Source of the DNA: Chloroflexota bacterium
GTDB taxonomy: Bacteria; Chloroflexota; Limnocylindria; Limnocylindrales; CSP1-4
Assembly: GCA_003171065.1 (NCBI GenBank)
Contig: PMXQ01000149.1
Coordinates: 57,490 to 121,489 of the forward strand
Direction: 5' to 3'
Length of the DNA: 64,000 nt
Below, in pieces: positions 55,297 to 64,000 of the stretch. The position numbers and the translations under genes are program-made. The stretch's first letter is position 1. The number at the start of each line of letters is the position of its first letter. The notes under the pieces are model-generated. The model was not told the origin of the DNA. It made no database searches and saw only the letters and a list, made by a program, of their open reading frames with translations.

Positions 55297-56934
55297 GTGA
55301 CCCCACTTCCCATCGTCGCCGTCGTCGGACGCCCGAACGTCGGCAAGAGCACCCTGTTCAATCGCATCGTCGGCCACCGCGCGGCAATCGTGGAGGACCG
55401 CGCCCGAACCACCCGCGATCGCATCTACGGCGAGGCGGAGTGGAACGGTCGCCGCTTCATCGCGGTCGACACGGGCGGCCTGGAGATCAAGCCAGGCGAC
55501 CCGATCGAGGAGAAGGTCCAAGAGCAGGCTCGCATCGCGATCGCGGAGGCGGACGCCATCGTCCTGGTGGTCGACTCGATCTCGGGTCTGACGCCGGCCG
55601 ACATCGAGGCGGCCGATCTGCTGCGGACGGCCAAGGCGCCTGTGCTGGTTGCGGCGAACAAGGCCGACAACGACAGGCGCGAGCTCGAGGCGGCCGAGTT
55701 CTACTCCCTGGGCTGGGAGGAGACCCATCCGATCAGCGCGGCTCACGGCCGGGGAGTGGCCGATCTGCTCGACGCGATCGTGTGGGCGCTCCCGCCCGAG
55801 AGCCCCGAGGAGATCGAGCGCAAGCGCCGCGAGGCCGAAGCCGACGACTGGGCCCGCGAGATGGCCGAGGGCAGGCTGGCACGGGTCCGCGACGGCGACG
55901 CCGAGGCCATCGAGATCGACGGCGACCAGGCGGGCGAGGACGGCCAGCCAAGTTTCGGCGACGAGGACGCGAAGGTCTCGATCGCCCTGGTGGGGCGGCC
56001 GAACGTCGGCAAGTCGAGCCTGTTCAACGCGCTGCTGGGCGAGGATCGGGCGATCGTCAGCGACATACCCGGCACGACGCGCGACGCGATAGACACGCAC
56101 CTGCAATGGGGCCGCAGCGACATCGTCCTGATCGACACGGCCGGCATGCGCCGCCACGGCAAAGTGGCCAGCGGCCCCGACGCGGAGCGCTATTCGACCC
56201 TGCGAGCGATCAAGGCCGTGGATCGGGCGGACGTCGCCATCCTGATCATCGACGCCTTCCAGGGGCTTACCGCCCAGGACGCCCACGTCGCCGGCTTCGT
56301 TGTGGAGGATGGGCGAGGCCTCGTCCTCGCCCTCAACAAGTGGGATCTGCTGGCCGAGAAGACGGACCGCTCGTTCGACGAGTTCGCGACGGCCTTGCGG
56401 GCCGAGGTGCCGTTTCTCGATTTCGCGCCGATCGTCTCGATCAGCGCCAAGACCGGCCAGCGCGTCGGCAAGGTGCTGGAGCTCGCGCTAGACGTCTGGG
56501 GCGAGCGGCGCAAGCGCGTCTCCACTCCGGAGCTGAACCGGGTCCTCCGGGCGGCCTCCTTGCGTCAGGCGCCTCCGGCCGGCAAGCTCGGCCCGCCCAA
56601 GATCTTTTACGCGACCCAGGTGGCCGTGGCCCCGCCAACGTTCGTGTTCTTCGCCCGTCACGCGGACCAGGTGCATTTCAGCTACAAGCGCTTCCTGGAG
56701 AATCAGCTTCGGGCCGAATTCGGCTTCGACGGGACTCCCATCCGGCTCATCTTCCGCGAGCGGGCGAGCGATCGAGCAGGTCGGGAGAGAGGCGCCGAGA
56801 GGGGCAGACGCGTGGTCGGGCCACGGACCGGCAGGCCGCCGTCGGGGACGCGCTCGGTGTCTAGCGCGAAGCCTGGTCACGGAGTCACGGGCAGCGTGAG
56901 GCGCTCGCCGGGTCAGCGCGGCCGCCTCGGGTGA
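55297..56934 (+). CDS. der: Ribosome-assembly GTPase Der/EngA (two GTPase domains plus KH) with an Arg/Gly-rich C-terminal tail
   Basis: Two G domains ([26 protein letters not shown]; DTGG, DTAG; NKAD, NKWD) and a KH-like C-domain. Confidence 0.9.
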   Translation: MTPLPIVAVVGRPNVGKSTLFNRIVGHRAAIVEDRARTTRDRIYGEAEWNGRRFIAVDTGGLEIKPGDPIEEKVQEQARIAIAEADAIVLVVDSISGLTPADIEAADLLRTAKAPVLVAANKADNDRRELEAAEFYSLGWEETHPISAAHGRGVADLLDAIVWALPPESPEEIERKRREAEADDWAREMAEGRLARVRDGDAEAIEIDGDQAGEDGQPSFGDEDAKVSIALVGRPNVGKSSLFNALLGEDRAIVSDIPGTTRDAIDTHLQWGRSDIVLIDTAGMRRHGKVASGPDAERYSTLRAIKAVDRADVAILIIDAFQGLTAQDAHVAGFVVEDGRGLVLALNKWDLLAEKTDRSFDEFATALRAEVPFLDFAPIVSISAKTGQRVGKVLELALDVWGERRKRVSTPELNRVLRAASLRQAPPAGKLGPPKIFYATQVAVAPPTFVFFARHADQVHFSYKRFLENQLRAEFGFDGTPIRLIFRERASDRAGRERGAERGRRVVGPRTGRPPSGTRSVSSAKPGHGVTGSVRRSPGQRGRLG

Positions 56935-57004
56935 GGGCGGGCTGGCCGGCGTCCTGCCGGGCCTCCGAACTCGGCGTCCGGGCTGAGCCCCTTCCCGCGT
57001 CTGC

Positions 57005-57010
57005 TATGCT
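57005..57010 (+). promoter_or_regulatory. -10 hexamer TATGCT 10 nt upstream of mature tRNA-Pro
   Basis: ctgcTATGCTgtcggccgatCGGGG, with CTGAGC as a -35-like element 16 nt upstream. Confidence 0.4.
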
Positions 57011-57020
57011 GTCGGCCGAT

Positions 57021-57097
57021 CGGGGCGTGGCGCAGCCTGGTAGCGCACCTGAATGGGGTTCAGGAGGCCGAGCGTTCGAATCGCTCCGCCCCGACCA
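57021..57097 (+). tRNA. tRNA-Pro, anticodon GGG, CCA encoded
   Basis: Manual fold: 7-bp acceptor stem CGGGGCG/CGCCCCG, D-arm GCGC-AGCCTGGTA-GCGC, anticodon stem CCTGA/TCAGG with loop AUGGGGU, T-arm GAGCG-TTCGAAT-CGCTC, discriminator A, CCA. Coordinates anchored to the overlapping track ORF 56931..57146. Confidence 0.85.
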
Positions 57098-57114
57098 TCT
57101 TGCGAGCGTGAAAT

Positions 57115-57149
57115 GGCCCTCGGAGACCAGTCCGAGGGCCTTCTGATTC
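57115..57149. terminator. Bidirectional stem-loop terminator between tRNA-Pro (plus) and the flavodoxin-like gene (minus)
   Basis: GGCCCTCGG-agaccagt-CCGAGGGCC (9-bp GC stem) followed by TTCTGATTC. Confidence 0.55.
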
Positions 57150-57230
57150 GGGCGCTGTCCCTTGGCCATCCGTTCCCGCTCCGCGGAGACACGACGGGAG
57201 GCGGGCCGGCCATGACTGCCGACGGGTTCG

Positions 57231-57728
57231 TCACACGTGCGCGTGCGCCAGCTCGGCGCCCCAACGGCGCGCTCGCTCGAGCTCTCCGTCACGAAGCGGC
57301 CCCCACTTGCCCTTCACGACGAAACGCTGGCCCTTCATAAGCGGGCGGTAGCCCGCCTGCTCCAGACCCCGGGCGATCGCCGAGGTCGCCCCGCCTGGGG
57401 ACCATCGCAGGCCTGTCTCGAACGCGGCACAGGCGCCGTGTCCTGGCGGGAGCGCTTCGAGCCACGAGCGCATCGATGGGTGGGACAGGTCTGGCGGTCT
57501 CGGCGCGCCGGCCGGGTTCGACGCGATGCTGTCACGCATGCCGTCGCTCGGGAGCTGGAATCCCAGTACGGGAGCGCCGGCGACGATAAGGTCCACATCG
57601 GCCATCGCCGGCCCCGTGGCCTCCGCGGTGGACAGTGCCCGGACCTCGGGCCCCAGGCCTTCAGCCACGGCGCGGGCAACGGCCGCGGTGTTGCCCCAGA
57701 GGGACTCATAGACCACGACCGCTTTCAT
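57231..57728 (-). CDS. Flavodoxin-like fold protein
   Basis: MKAVVVYESLWGNTAAVARAVAEGLG...DLIVAGAPV is a flavodoxin-type FMN-binding N-terminus. GGAGGTG ribosome-binding site. The upstream part of the track ORF is rejected. Confidence 0.65.
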   Translation of the reverse strand: MKAVVVYESLWGNTAAVARAVAEGLGPEVRALSTAEATGPAMADVDLIVAGAPVLGFQLPSDGMRDSIASNPAGAPRPPDLSHPSMRSWLEALPPGHGACAAFETGLRWSPGGATSAIARGLEQAGYRPLMKGQRFVVKGKWGPLRDGELERARRWGAELAHAHV

Positions 57729-57977
57729 CGGCACCTCCAACTGCTCGGCATCCGAGCCACACGCCTGGCTCCCGCGGGCCGAACATGCCACACGGAGGGT
57801 ACTCGCGGTAGGGCTGGAAGGCCCGCCTGCCCGGGCGCGGCAAGATCCGGCACGGCCGATCGAGTAGGGCGCGACAATCGGCTGCCGGAAGCCGCCTGAA
57901 GTGCCATTGGCTCTGGGGGCCAGAGGGTCCACCATTCAGATAAGCCAATTTCGGCAGTGCATTCATTGAGGTTTCAC

Positions 57978-58121
57978 ATGTTCCTTAGCAAGACTGAAGG
58001 CCAGGGCCTCGCAGAGTACGCCCTGATCCTCGCGCTCATCGCCATCCTGGCAATCACCGCCCTCATCTTCCTCAGTGGCAACATCAACACGATCCTGAGC
58101 ACAATCGGCCACGCTCTGTAG
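57978..58121 (+). CDS. flp: Flp/Fap-family type IVb prepilin (47 aa; not on the ORF track because it is under 60 aa)
   Basis: MFLSKTEGQG/LAEYALILALIAILAITALIFLSG shows the G-x4-EY prepilin cleavage motif plus a hydrophobic helix. GAGG ribosome-binding site 7 nt upstream. Strong stem-loop terminator immediately downstream. Confidence 0.7.
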   Translation: MFLSKTEGQGLAEYALILALIAILAITALIFLSGNINTILSTIGHAL

Positions 58122-58140
58122 CCGCAGCGCAAACGAGTGG

Positions 58141-58177
58141 AACCGGGTCGCGGACGACGCGACCCGGTTCTTGTTTG
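58141..58177 (+). terminator. Rho-independent terminator after the flp pilin gene
   Basis: AACCGGGTCGCG-gacga-CGCGACCCGGTT (12-bp perfect stem) followed by CTTGTTTGTGG. Confidence 0.65.
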
Positions 58178-58391
58178 TGGGCGCTCGTAGGTTCCGCGAT
58201 CCGAGGCACGTAACCGGTCGATCCGGGCCAATCGGGCATCCCAGGGTAAACTCGATCTCGGATGACCGGCCGAACCGGCCGGCCGAACCAACCCTGGACG
58301 AGTGACGATCGTGGATGACTTGACCCGGCGCGGCGCGAAACGCAGGCCCGAAGCGGGGCTGCTGGACGAGCAGCAGCGATCCGGCGTGGGC

Positions 58392-59855
58392 GATATGGCG
58401 CCGGAGGATTTTCGGGCAGCCGCGCACGCGGCCGTCGACATCATGGCCGACTACCTGGTGGGGGTGGGGGACCGGGACGTCATGCCGGCCGTCGAGCCCG
58501 GTTCCCTGCGGCCGCTCTTCCCGGCCGCGCCACCGGAGTCGCCCGAGCCGATCGAGACCATCCTGGCGGACTACCAGCGCCTCATCGAGCCCAACGTCAC
58601 GCACTGGCAGCACCCGCGCTTCCTGGCCTACTTCAGCAGCGCCGCGTCCGGGCCGGGAATCATCGGCGAGATGCTGACGGCGGTTCTCAACTCGAACGTC
58701 ATGTTGTGGCGCACGAGTCCAGTCGGGACCGAGCTGGAAGAAGTCGTGGTCGACTGGTTCCGCCAGGCCCTCGGGCTGCCGGCGACGTTCGACGGCTTGC
58801 TGACCGACACCGCCTCCACGTCGTCCCTCCTGGCCTTGGCCGCGGCCCGTCAGGCCGCCGGGATGGACGCCGCCACGAAGGGCCTGCCCGGCCGCTCGGA
58901 CGTTCCGAAGCTGCGCGTGTACGCCTCGGCAGAGGCTCATTCGTCGATCGAGAAGGCCGCCATGACGCTGGGGCTCGGGCAGGCCGGGCTGACGAAGATC
59001 CCGACGAACGATCGCTTCGAGCTGCGGCTGGACGCCTTGGAGGAGGCGATCGCAGCCGATAGGAAGGTCGGCGTTCGGCCGATCGCCCTGGTCGGGACGA
59101 TCGGCACCACTTCGACCACTTCCATCGATCCGATCCCGGGCATGGCGGAGATCGCCGCTCGCGAAGGCATCTGGCTGCACGTCGATGCGGCTCACGCCGG
59201 CGCGGTGGCGCTGATCCCGGAACGCCGCGTCCAGTTCGCCGGCTGGGAGCGCGCGGATTCGGTGGTCACGAACCCGCACAAGTGGTTCTTCTCGCCCGTG
59301 GACGCGTCGGTTCTGCTGACGACGCGAATGCCGGTTCTGCGCGACGCCTTCAGCCTCGTGCCGGAGTACCTGCGCACCCTGGATCGCGAAGGTCCGATCC
59401 GCGACTACAACGAGTACACGCCAACCCTGGGCCGGCGCTTCCGGGCGCTGAAGCTGTGGATGCTGCTCCGCTACTTCGGCATCGAAGGTCTGCGCCGAAG
59501 GATCTCCTACCACCTGGAGCTGGGCGAGCGGTTCACCAGCTGGATCGACAAGGCGCCCGCCTTCGAACGCCTGGCGCCGGTGCCGTTCTCCACGATCTGC
59601 TTTCGCTATCGGCCCGCCGCACTGATCGGCCGAGAGGACGAGCCTCGGATCGCGGCGGAGCTGGACCGGGTGAACATGGCCCTCATGGACGCGATCAACC
59701 GGACCGGCCAGGTCTTCCTGTCGCACACCCGGCTGCGGGGTCGCTTTGCGATTCGAGTGGCGCTGGCCAATCTTCGGATGGGAGATGCGGACCTCGACAT
59801 GGTCTGGGAGATCATCCGGCGTGAAGCAGCAGCGCTGACCGTATCGGCGGGTTGA
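58392..59855 (+). CDS. Pyridoxal-phosphate-dependent group II decarboxylase (aromatic-L-amino-acid/tyrosine decarboxylase-like)
   Basis: N-terminal M..EDFR...VD, THWQHPRFLAYFSSA, PLP-lysine region NPHKWFFSPVDAS. Start ATG 58392 by homology (track ORF begins with GTG 58302). Confidence 0.85.
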   Translation, partial: DMAPEDFRAAAHAAVDIMADYLVGVGDRDVMPAVEPGSLRPLFPAAPPESPEPIETILADYQRLIEPNVTHWQHPRFLAYFSSAASGPGIIGEMLTAVLNSNVMLWRTSPVGTELEEVVVDWFRQALGLPATFDGLLTDTASTSSLLALAAARQAAGMDAATKGLPGRSDVPKLRVYASAEAHSSIEKAAMTLGLGQAGLTKIPTNDRFELRLDALEEAIAADRKVGVRPIALVGTIGTTSTTSIDPIPGMAEIAAREGIWLHVDAAHAGAVALIPERRVQFAGWERADSVVTNPHKWFFSPVDASVLLTTRMPVLRDAFSLVPEYLRTLDREGPIRDYNEYTPTLGRRFRALKLWMLLRYFGIEGLRRRISYHLELGERFTSWIDKAPAFERLAPVPFSTICFRYRPAALIGREDEPRIAAELDRVNMALMDAINRTGQVFLSHTRLRGRFAIRVALANLRMGDADLDMVWEIIRREAAALTVSAG

Positions 59856-59898
59856 GGCGGGCCAGGGCGCTGCCGCCCCGGAGCGGTACGATTGACGA

Positions 59899-60612
59899 GT
59901 GAATCTCCCATTTGCCCAAGTGCTGGGCACCGTCCTCGTAGTGGTTGCCACGCCATGTGTCGCCGTGGCCGTGGCCGTGCTCCTCTTCCTCAACCCCATC
60001 TGGGTGGGTTTCGATCAGGGTCGAAGCGACGTGGTCCAACTGACCGGCTACACGCCCACGCAGGTCAGCCAGGTTACGGGCAGCATCCTCTCGGATCTCG
60101 TCTTCGGGCCGCCGAACTTCGATGTCACGGTCAACGGGGCACCGGTCCTGGATGTCCACGAACGCAGCCACATGGCGGACGTTCGCGGCGTGCTCATGAG
60201 CCTGGGGCTGGTGGCCCTCATGGCCGCCCTGATCCTGGTGGCAGTGGGACTGGCGAGTCGGGGCAGGTGGTGGTTCTGGTGGGCCGTCCAGGCGGGCGGG
60301 AAGGTGCTCCTGGGCGGCGTTGTGGTGGTCGGCCTGGCCTTCGCGTTGTTCTTCGACCAGGCTTTCGAACTCTTCCATGAGGTCTTCTTCGCGCCCGGTA
60401 CGTATATGTTCGACGTCCGGACGGAGAAGCTCGTCCAGCTGTTTCCGGATCAATTCTGGTCCGAGACCAGCGTTGCCATTGCGGCGGCGGTGCTGGTGCT
60501 GGGGCTGATCGTCGTCTTTGCGGCGGGCCGCATCGCCGGGCGTGCGGCGTCCGCCGACCCGACGTCAGGAGCCGCGTCGCCAGCCTTGACACCGCCGGGC
60601 GGGCCGCAGTGA
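59899..60612 (+). CDS. Integral membrane protein (TIGR01906/DUF1461-like), hypothetical
   Basis: Four or more transmembrane helices with an extracytoplasmic loop. Overlaps the start of the downstream M50 protease gene. Confidence 0.55.
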   Translation: MNLPFAQVLGTVLVVVATPCVAVAVAVLLFLNPIWVGFDQGRSDVVQLTGYTPTQVSQVTGSILSDLVFGPPNFDVTVNGAPVLDVHERSHMADVRGVLMSLGLVALMAALILVAVGLASRGRWWFWWAVQAGGKVLLGGVVVVGLAFALFFDQAFELFHEVFFAPGTYMFDVRTEKLVQLFPDQFWSETSVAIAAAVLVLGLIVVFAAGRIAGRAASADPTSGAASPALTPPGGPQ

Positions 60613-61901
60613 ACTCCGGGGTGCCGTTGGGCCGCGTCTTTGGGACCGAGATCCGAGCCCATTGGACGTGGATATTCCTTCTCGCGTTCATCACCGTGGT
60701 CCTCGGGGAGGGACTGGCGGCTCAGGCGAACACGAATGTCGATTCCGCCTGGGCGTGGGGCTCGGCGATCGTGACGGCTCTGCTGGTCTTCGCGTCGGTG
60801 ACCGTCCACGAGCTCGCCCACGTCGTCATCGCGCGGCGCAATGGCATAGGCGCCAACGTGGTTGTGATCCAGCTGCTGGGCGGCACGTACTTGATGGAAG
60901 CCCGGCCCGACAATTGGGGCCAGGAGCTCAGGGCTGCCCTGGCCGGGCCGTTCGTCAGCGTGGTTCTCGTCCTGGCGTTCGGCACCATTGCCGCGGTATC
61001 GGAGGTCGGCTGGGGCAGCTCGGGCAACGTACCGGACAGCGTCGCGGCCGTGAGCTTCGTGTCCGAGATTCTGGCGCTGTTCAACCTCTTCCTGGCGGCG
61101 ACCAACCTGATCCCCGGTTATCCCATGGACGGGGCTCGGATCGTCCACGCAGTCGCGTGGGCAAGATCCGGGCGCGACGAAGTCGCGACCATGGTCGCCA
61201 GCCGAGTCGGCCGTATGGTCGGCATCGGAGTCATGACTCTGGGGGTCGGCGCGATCATCTTCGTGGATCTCTGGCCCGGGCTGGCGCTGCTGGTCGCTGG
61301 CTGGCTGCTCGTGGGTTCGAGCCGACTCCTCGATCGCAGGCTCTTCCTGCAGGGCCTTATTGCCGGTGCGCATGTCTCGGACGCGGCCGACTCGGACACG
61401 GCCCGGATCCCGCCCCAGCTGACCCTCGACGTGTTCGCCGGCGAGTATCTGGGCGAGAGGCTCGGCGGAGCCGCGCTGGTGGAGCGCGGCGAGGAGCTGC
61501 TGGGGTTGATAGGAACGGCACAGATACGGCGGATACCGCGCCGCAACTGGCCGGCGATGCGGACCGAGCAGGCCATGGTCCCGCTGGGGAGCGTGCCCTG
61601 GGCCCGCGGCGATTCTGACTTGTGGCCGGCGCTGGAGGTCCTCGAGCGCTCCGGCCTGGATGGCCTGCTGATCGGGACCGGGGAGCACGTCTCGGCTTTG
61701 CTGACACGTCGGTCGATCTCGGTCCTCATCCACGAGCGAGCCACGCAGCAGGCACTTGCGTCGCGGGCGCTGCTGCAGGTTGCCAGATTCCCTGGGCGTC
61801 GACCACCACCTGCACCACCGGCACCACCGGCAGTGCCAGGTCCTCCAGCGGGGTCTGAGGACACCGCGGACCCCTCCTCGGACGAATCCGGCGATCGATG
61901 A
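60609..61901 (+). CDS. Site-2 protease family zinc metalloprotease (M50B) with a CBS-domain pair and a Pro/Ala-rich C-terminus
   Basis: HELAHVVIARRNG (HExxH), NLIPGYPMDGARI, followed by CBS-like repeats. Confidence 0.8.
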   Translation: MNSGVPLGRVFGTEIRAHWTWIFLLAFITVVLGEGLAAQANTNVDSAWAWGSAIVTALLVFASVTVHELAHVVIARRNGIGANVVVIQLLGGTYLMEARPDNWGQELRAALAGPFVSVVLVLAFGTIAAVSEVGWGSSGNVPDSVAAVSFVSEILALFNLFLAATNLIPGYPMDGARIVHAVAWARSGRDEVATMVASRVGRMVGIGVMTLGVGAIIFVDLWPGLALLVAGWLLVGSSRLLDRRLFLQGLIAGAHVSDAADSDTARIPPQLTLDVFAGEYLGERLGGAALVERGEELLGLIGTAQIRRIPRRNWPAMRTEQAMVPLGSVPWARGDSDLWPALEVLERSGLDGLLIGTGEHVSALLTRRSISVLIHERATQQALASRALLQVARFPGRRPPPAPPAPPAVPGPPAGSEDTADPSSDESGDR

Positions 61902-62020
61902 GTGTGGAGAGGTGAGGCCTGATGAGTTCCGACGGCAAGCCGGGTGAGAGCGCCTTCGAAGACGGTTCACGCGCCGAGCGGCGGCGGGGCGGGCATGTGG
62001 ATCGGGTGGGCAGGCCTCGC

Positions 62021-62566
62021 ATGGCAGATGTGACCGAACAGCCGGTGATTGCCCGGCGCGCTGTCGCGGAGGCCGAGGTCGCCGTGTCGCAGGAGACGCT
62101 CAGCGCCATCGTCGACGGCACGAACCCCAAGGGCGACGTCCTGAGCGTTGCCGAGCTGGCCGGCGTCATGGCCGGCAAGCGCGCCAGCGACCTGATCCCA
62201 CTCTGTCACCCCGTGGCCTTGACCGATCTCCTCGTTCGCGCCGTCCCGGACCGGGCCGCCGGCCTGATCCGCATCCGCGTGGAGACGGCGGCGATTGGCC
62301 CGGGCGGCGTCGAGATGGAAGCCCTCACGGCCGCGGCGGTGGCGGCTCTCACGGTCTACGACATGGTCCGGGACGTGGACCCCTCGGCCGCCGTGCGCGG
62401 CATCAAGCTGCTCTCGCGCTCGGGCGCTGAGAGCGATGCCTGGCAACGGGCCCCGGAGACGGGTCAGGGTGCCAGGGTTCCGCGGGGCGCCAGGGTCGCC
62501 GGTCGGATATCGAGCCCACCGCGCGGGTCAGGTGGCCGCATTCCACCGCGCCGGTTCGGCTCGTAG
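62021..62566 (+). CDS. moaC: Cyclic pyranopterin monophosphate synthase MoaC with a C-terminal extension
   Basis: MADVT..KGDVLSVAELAGVMAGKRASDLIPLCHPVAL is the canonical MoaC core. Start chosen at ATG 62021 inside track ORF 61922.. Confidence 0.8.
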   Translation: MADVTEQPVIARRAVAEAEVAVSQETLSAIVDGTNPKGDVLSVAELAGVMAGKRASDLIPLCHPVALTDLLVRAVPDRAAGLIRIRVETAAIGPGGVEMEALTAAAVAALTVYDMVRDVDPSAAVRGIKLLSRSGAESDAWQRAPETGQGARVPRGARVAGRISSPPRGSGGRIPPRRFGS

Positions 62567-62723
62567 AACTCGGCTCCGGGGACGCCACGTACCAGGTCCG
62601 GCGCGCCTCGGGAGATAGGCAGGGTAGTACGTTTGGAGCGGGCTGCGGGTTCATCTTGGGGGCGGGTCGTAGCCGGGATCGGTCGCTACATTTAGCGGCG
62701 CGCTCTCACGGAAGGACCACGCC

Positions 62724-63263
62724 GTGCCCGAAGCCAGGGTCGTTCTACCACTCGCGATCTTCTTCGTCATGGGCGCCGCCGTCCTGTGGCTGCTCTGGCG
62801 AGTGGTAGTTGCGGGTGGCCGGGCGAGGCGCGAGACGGCATCGGGCGTTGCGGCGGCTGAGATGGCCCGCCGTTCCGAGACCCTGTTGGGCGAGCTGCTC
62901 GTCGTAGTGGATGAGATGCGGCGGCGCAAGGTCGCGCCCGAGGACGTCGAGCCGAAAATGGCCGCGGCGCAGGATGCACTGCAGCGCTACATCGAGGATG
63001 CTATGGCGCTCAGTCGAAGCGGACCGTGGGCGACCACGGCCGCCGCGCTGGCAGCCGACATGGAGCGCGCCCAGCGGGCGATCGATCTGGTCGCACATGG
63101 GGGAGAACTGCTGGCGGACGTGTCCGGCGTTGGTTGGGGCGAAGGGGAGACTTCCGTGAAACGGGGCTACCTCAATCTGGTCCATGCGCGCGAGGCGATC
63201 CGAGAGCGGCGCGAGACGATAGTGCAGGTCTCTCAGGCGAGCCGCTCAAGCTGGGGCGGCTGA
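62724..63263 (+). CDS. Hypothetical membrane-anchored helical protein
   Basis: N-terminal transmembrane helix VVLPLAIFFVMGAAVLWLLW, then a helical, charged region. GGAAGGA ribosome-binding site. Confidence 0.4.
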   Translation: MPEARVVLPLAIFFVMGAAVLWLLWRVVVAGGRARRETASGVAAAEMARRSETLLGELLVVVDEMRRRKVAPEDVEPKMAAAQDALQRYIEDAMALSRSGPWATTAAALAADMERAQRAIDLVAHGGELLADVSGVGWGEGETSVKRGYLNLVHAREAIRERRETIVQVSQASRSSWGG

Positions 63264-63377
63264 ACGAGCCAGCCGCGCAGCGCCGGCGGGGGCGTCGCGG
63301 GGGGATCCGGGATCGTCGACCGGCGGTGATATCCTCCACCGCAGGCCACGGGCATAGTGGCGGAGGAGACGGAGCCG

Positions 63378-63851
63378 ATGCGCTGTCCGCGATGCGGCGA
63401 ACGCGAAACCCGGGTCATTGACTCGCGCGACCTGGACGAGGTCAGTATCAGGCGTCGCCGCGAATGCTCGGCCTGCGCCGGCCGATTCACCACGACTGAG
63501 CGGATCGAAGCGCCGCGGCTGGTCATCGTCAAGCGCGACGGTTCCCGCGAGGAATTCGATCGCGAGAAGCTGGCTTCGGGGCTCCGCAAGGCCCTGACGC
63601 GCCGGCCCGTCGCGGAGGACGCCGTGGACCGCGCCGCGGACCAGATCGAGTCCGAGCTGCGCGCCTCGGGTTCCTCGGAGATCGAATCATCGGATGTCGG
63701 CCGGCTGGCCATGGAGAAGCTGCGGGCCATCGACCAGATCGCCTACATCCGATTCGCCAGCGTCTACCAGAGCTTCGAAGACCTGGAAGCCTTGAAGCGC
63801 GAGGTCGACAACCTCTACGCTCAGCGCGAAAGCGGGGCCACAGTCAAGTGA
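63378..63851 (+). CDS. nrdR: Transcriptional repressor NrdR
   Basis: MRCPRCGERETRVIDSRD...RRRECSACAGRFTTTER zinc ribbon plus ATP-cone. Confidence 0.9.
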   Translation: MRCPRCGERETRVIDSRDLDEVSIRRRRECSACAGRFTTTERIEAPRLVIVKRDGSREEFDREKLASGLRKALTRRPVAEDAVDRAADQIESELRASGSSEIESSDVGRLAMEKLRAIDQIAYIRFASVYQSFEDLEALKREVDNLYAQRESGATVK

Positions 63852-64000
63852 GCGTGCTCTCCGACCGCGACATCGCCGCAGCCCTGGAGGCTGGCCGAAT
63901 CAAGATCGAGCCCTACGATCGGGCGGATCTGCAGCCGTCTTCGGTGGACCTGCACCTGGACTGCAGTTTCCGGGTCTTCCGCAACAATCGCTATCCGTAC
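63848..64000 (+). CDS. dcd: dCTP deaminase, N-terminal part (gene continues past the window)
   Basis: VSVLSDRDIAAALEAGRIKIEPYDRADLQPSSVDLHLD matches the Dcd N-terminus. GTG overlaps the nrdR stop (GTGA). Confidence 0.75.
   Translation, partial: MSVLSDRDIAAALEAGRIKIEPYDRADLQPSSVDLHLDCSFRVFRNNRYPY

Noticed and set aside
57098-57230. Possible attachment-site direct repeat of the tRNA-Pro 3' end, marking an integrated element.
   Set aside because: By eye I found no second copy of the tRNA 3' 15-20 nt downstream. The hairpin here is better explained as a shared terminator.

Overview
This is a very GC-rich (~70%) window, almost entirely one coding strand, dense with translation, replication and cell-cycle housekeeping genes. 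The gene order is Firmicutes-like. Together with the high GC and the leaderless promoters described below, this suggests a Chloroflexota, Dormibacterota or deep-branching Actinobacteria-type lineage.

Recognisable blocks, in order:
- priA(3' part), def, fmt, rlmN, rpe, a PAP2 membrane protein, dtd.
- rpmB (minus strand), Asp23, a FakA/YloV-like protein, recG, rsmD, coaD, a coiled-coil protein, yceD.
- hisS, then an ECF sigma/anti-sigma pair, then aspS.
- typA, a cysteine desulfurase, mnmA, alaS.
- An FtsA-like ATPase and a 635-aa repeat-bearing surface protein, then ruvX, mltG, an M24 peptidase, efp.
- xseA, a small transmembrane ORF, xseB, dxs, tlyA, nadK, recN, xerD.
- A PH/SHOCT membrane protein, an M50 protease, an HD protein, then scpA, scpB, rluB, cmk, plsC.
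- A second ECF sigma/anti-sigma pair on the minus strand, with a BNR-repeat sensor domain.
- ispH, der, tRNA-Pro(GGG), a flavodoxin-like protein (minus strand), an unannotated Flp-family pilin, a group II PLP decarboxylase, a membrane protein, an M50-CBS protease, moaC, nrdR, dcd(5' part).

There is no CRISPR array, transposase, phage gene or recognisable defence system. The most unusual content is accessory modules inserted into otherwise conserved operons:
- the ECF pair between hisS and aspS;
- the FtsA-like ATPase plus giant surface protein between alaS and ruvX-mltG;
- a 55-aa transmembrane ORF wedged between xseA and xseB;
- an orphan Flp pilin gene beside tRNA-Pro.

Many genes sit 6-10 nt downstream of a TANNNT hexamer, implying leaderless mRNAs. 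The many long antisense ORFs in the six-frame track are high-GC shadow ORFs and are rejected.

Coordinates I derived by hand (starts inside track ORFs, tRNA, motifs) may be off by 1-3 nt; coordinates taken from the ORF track are exact.
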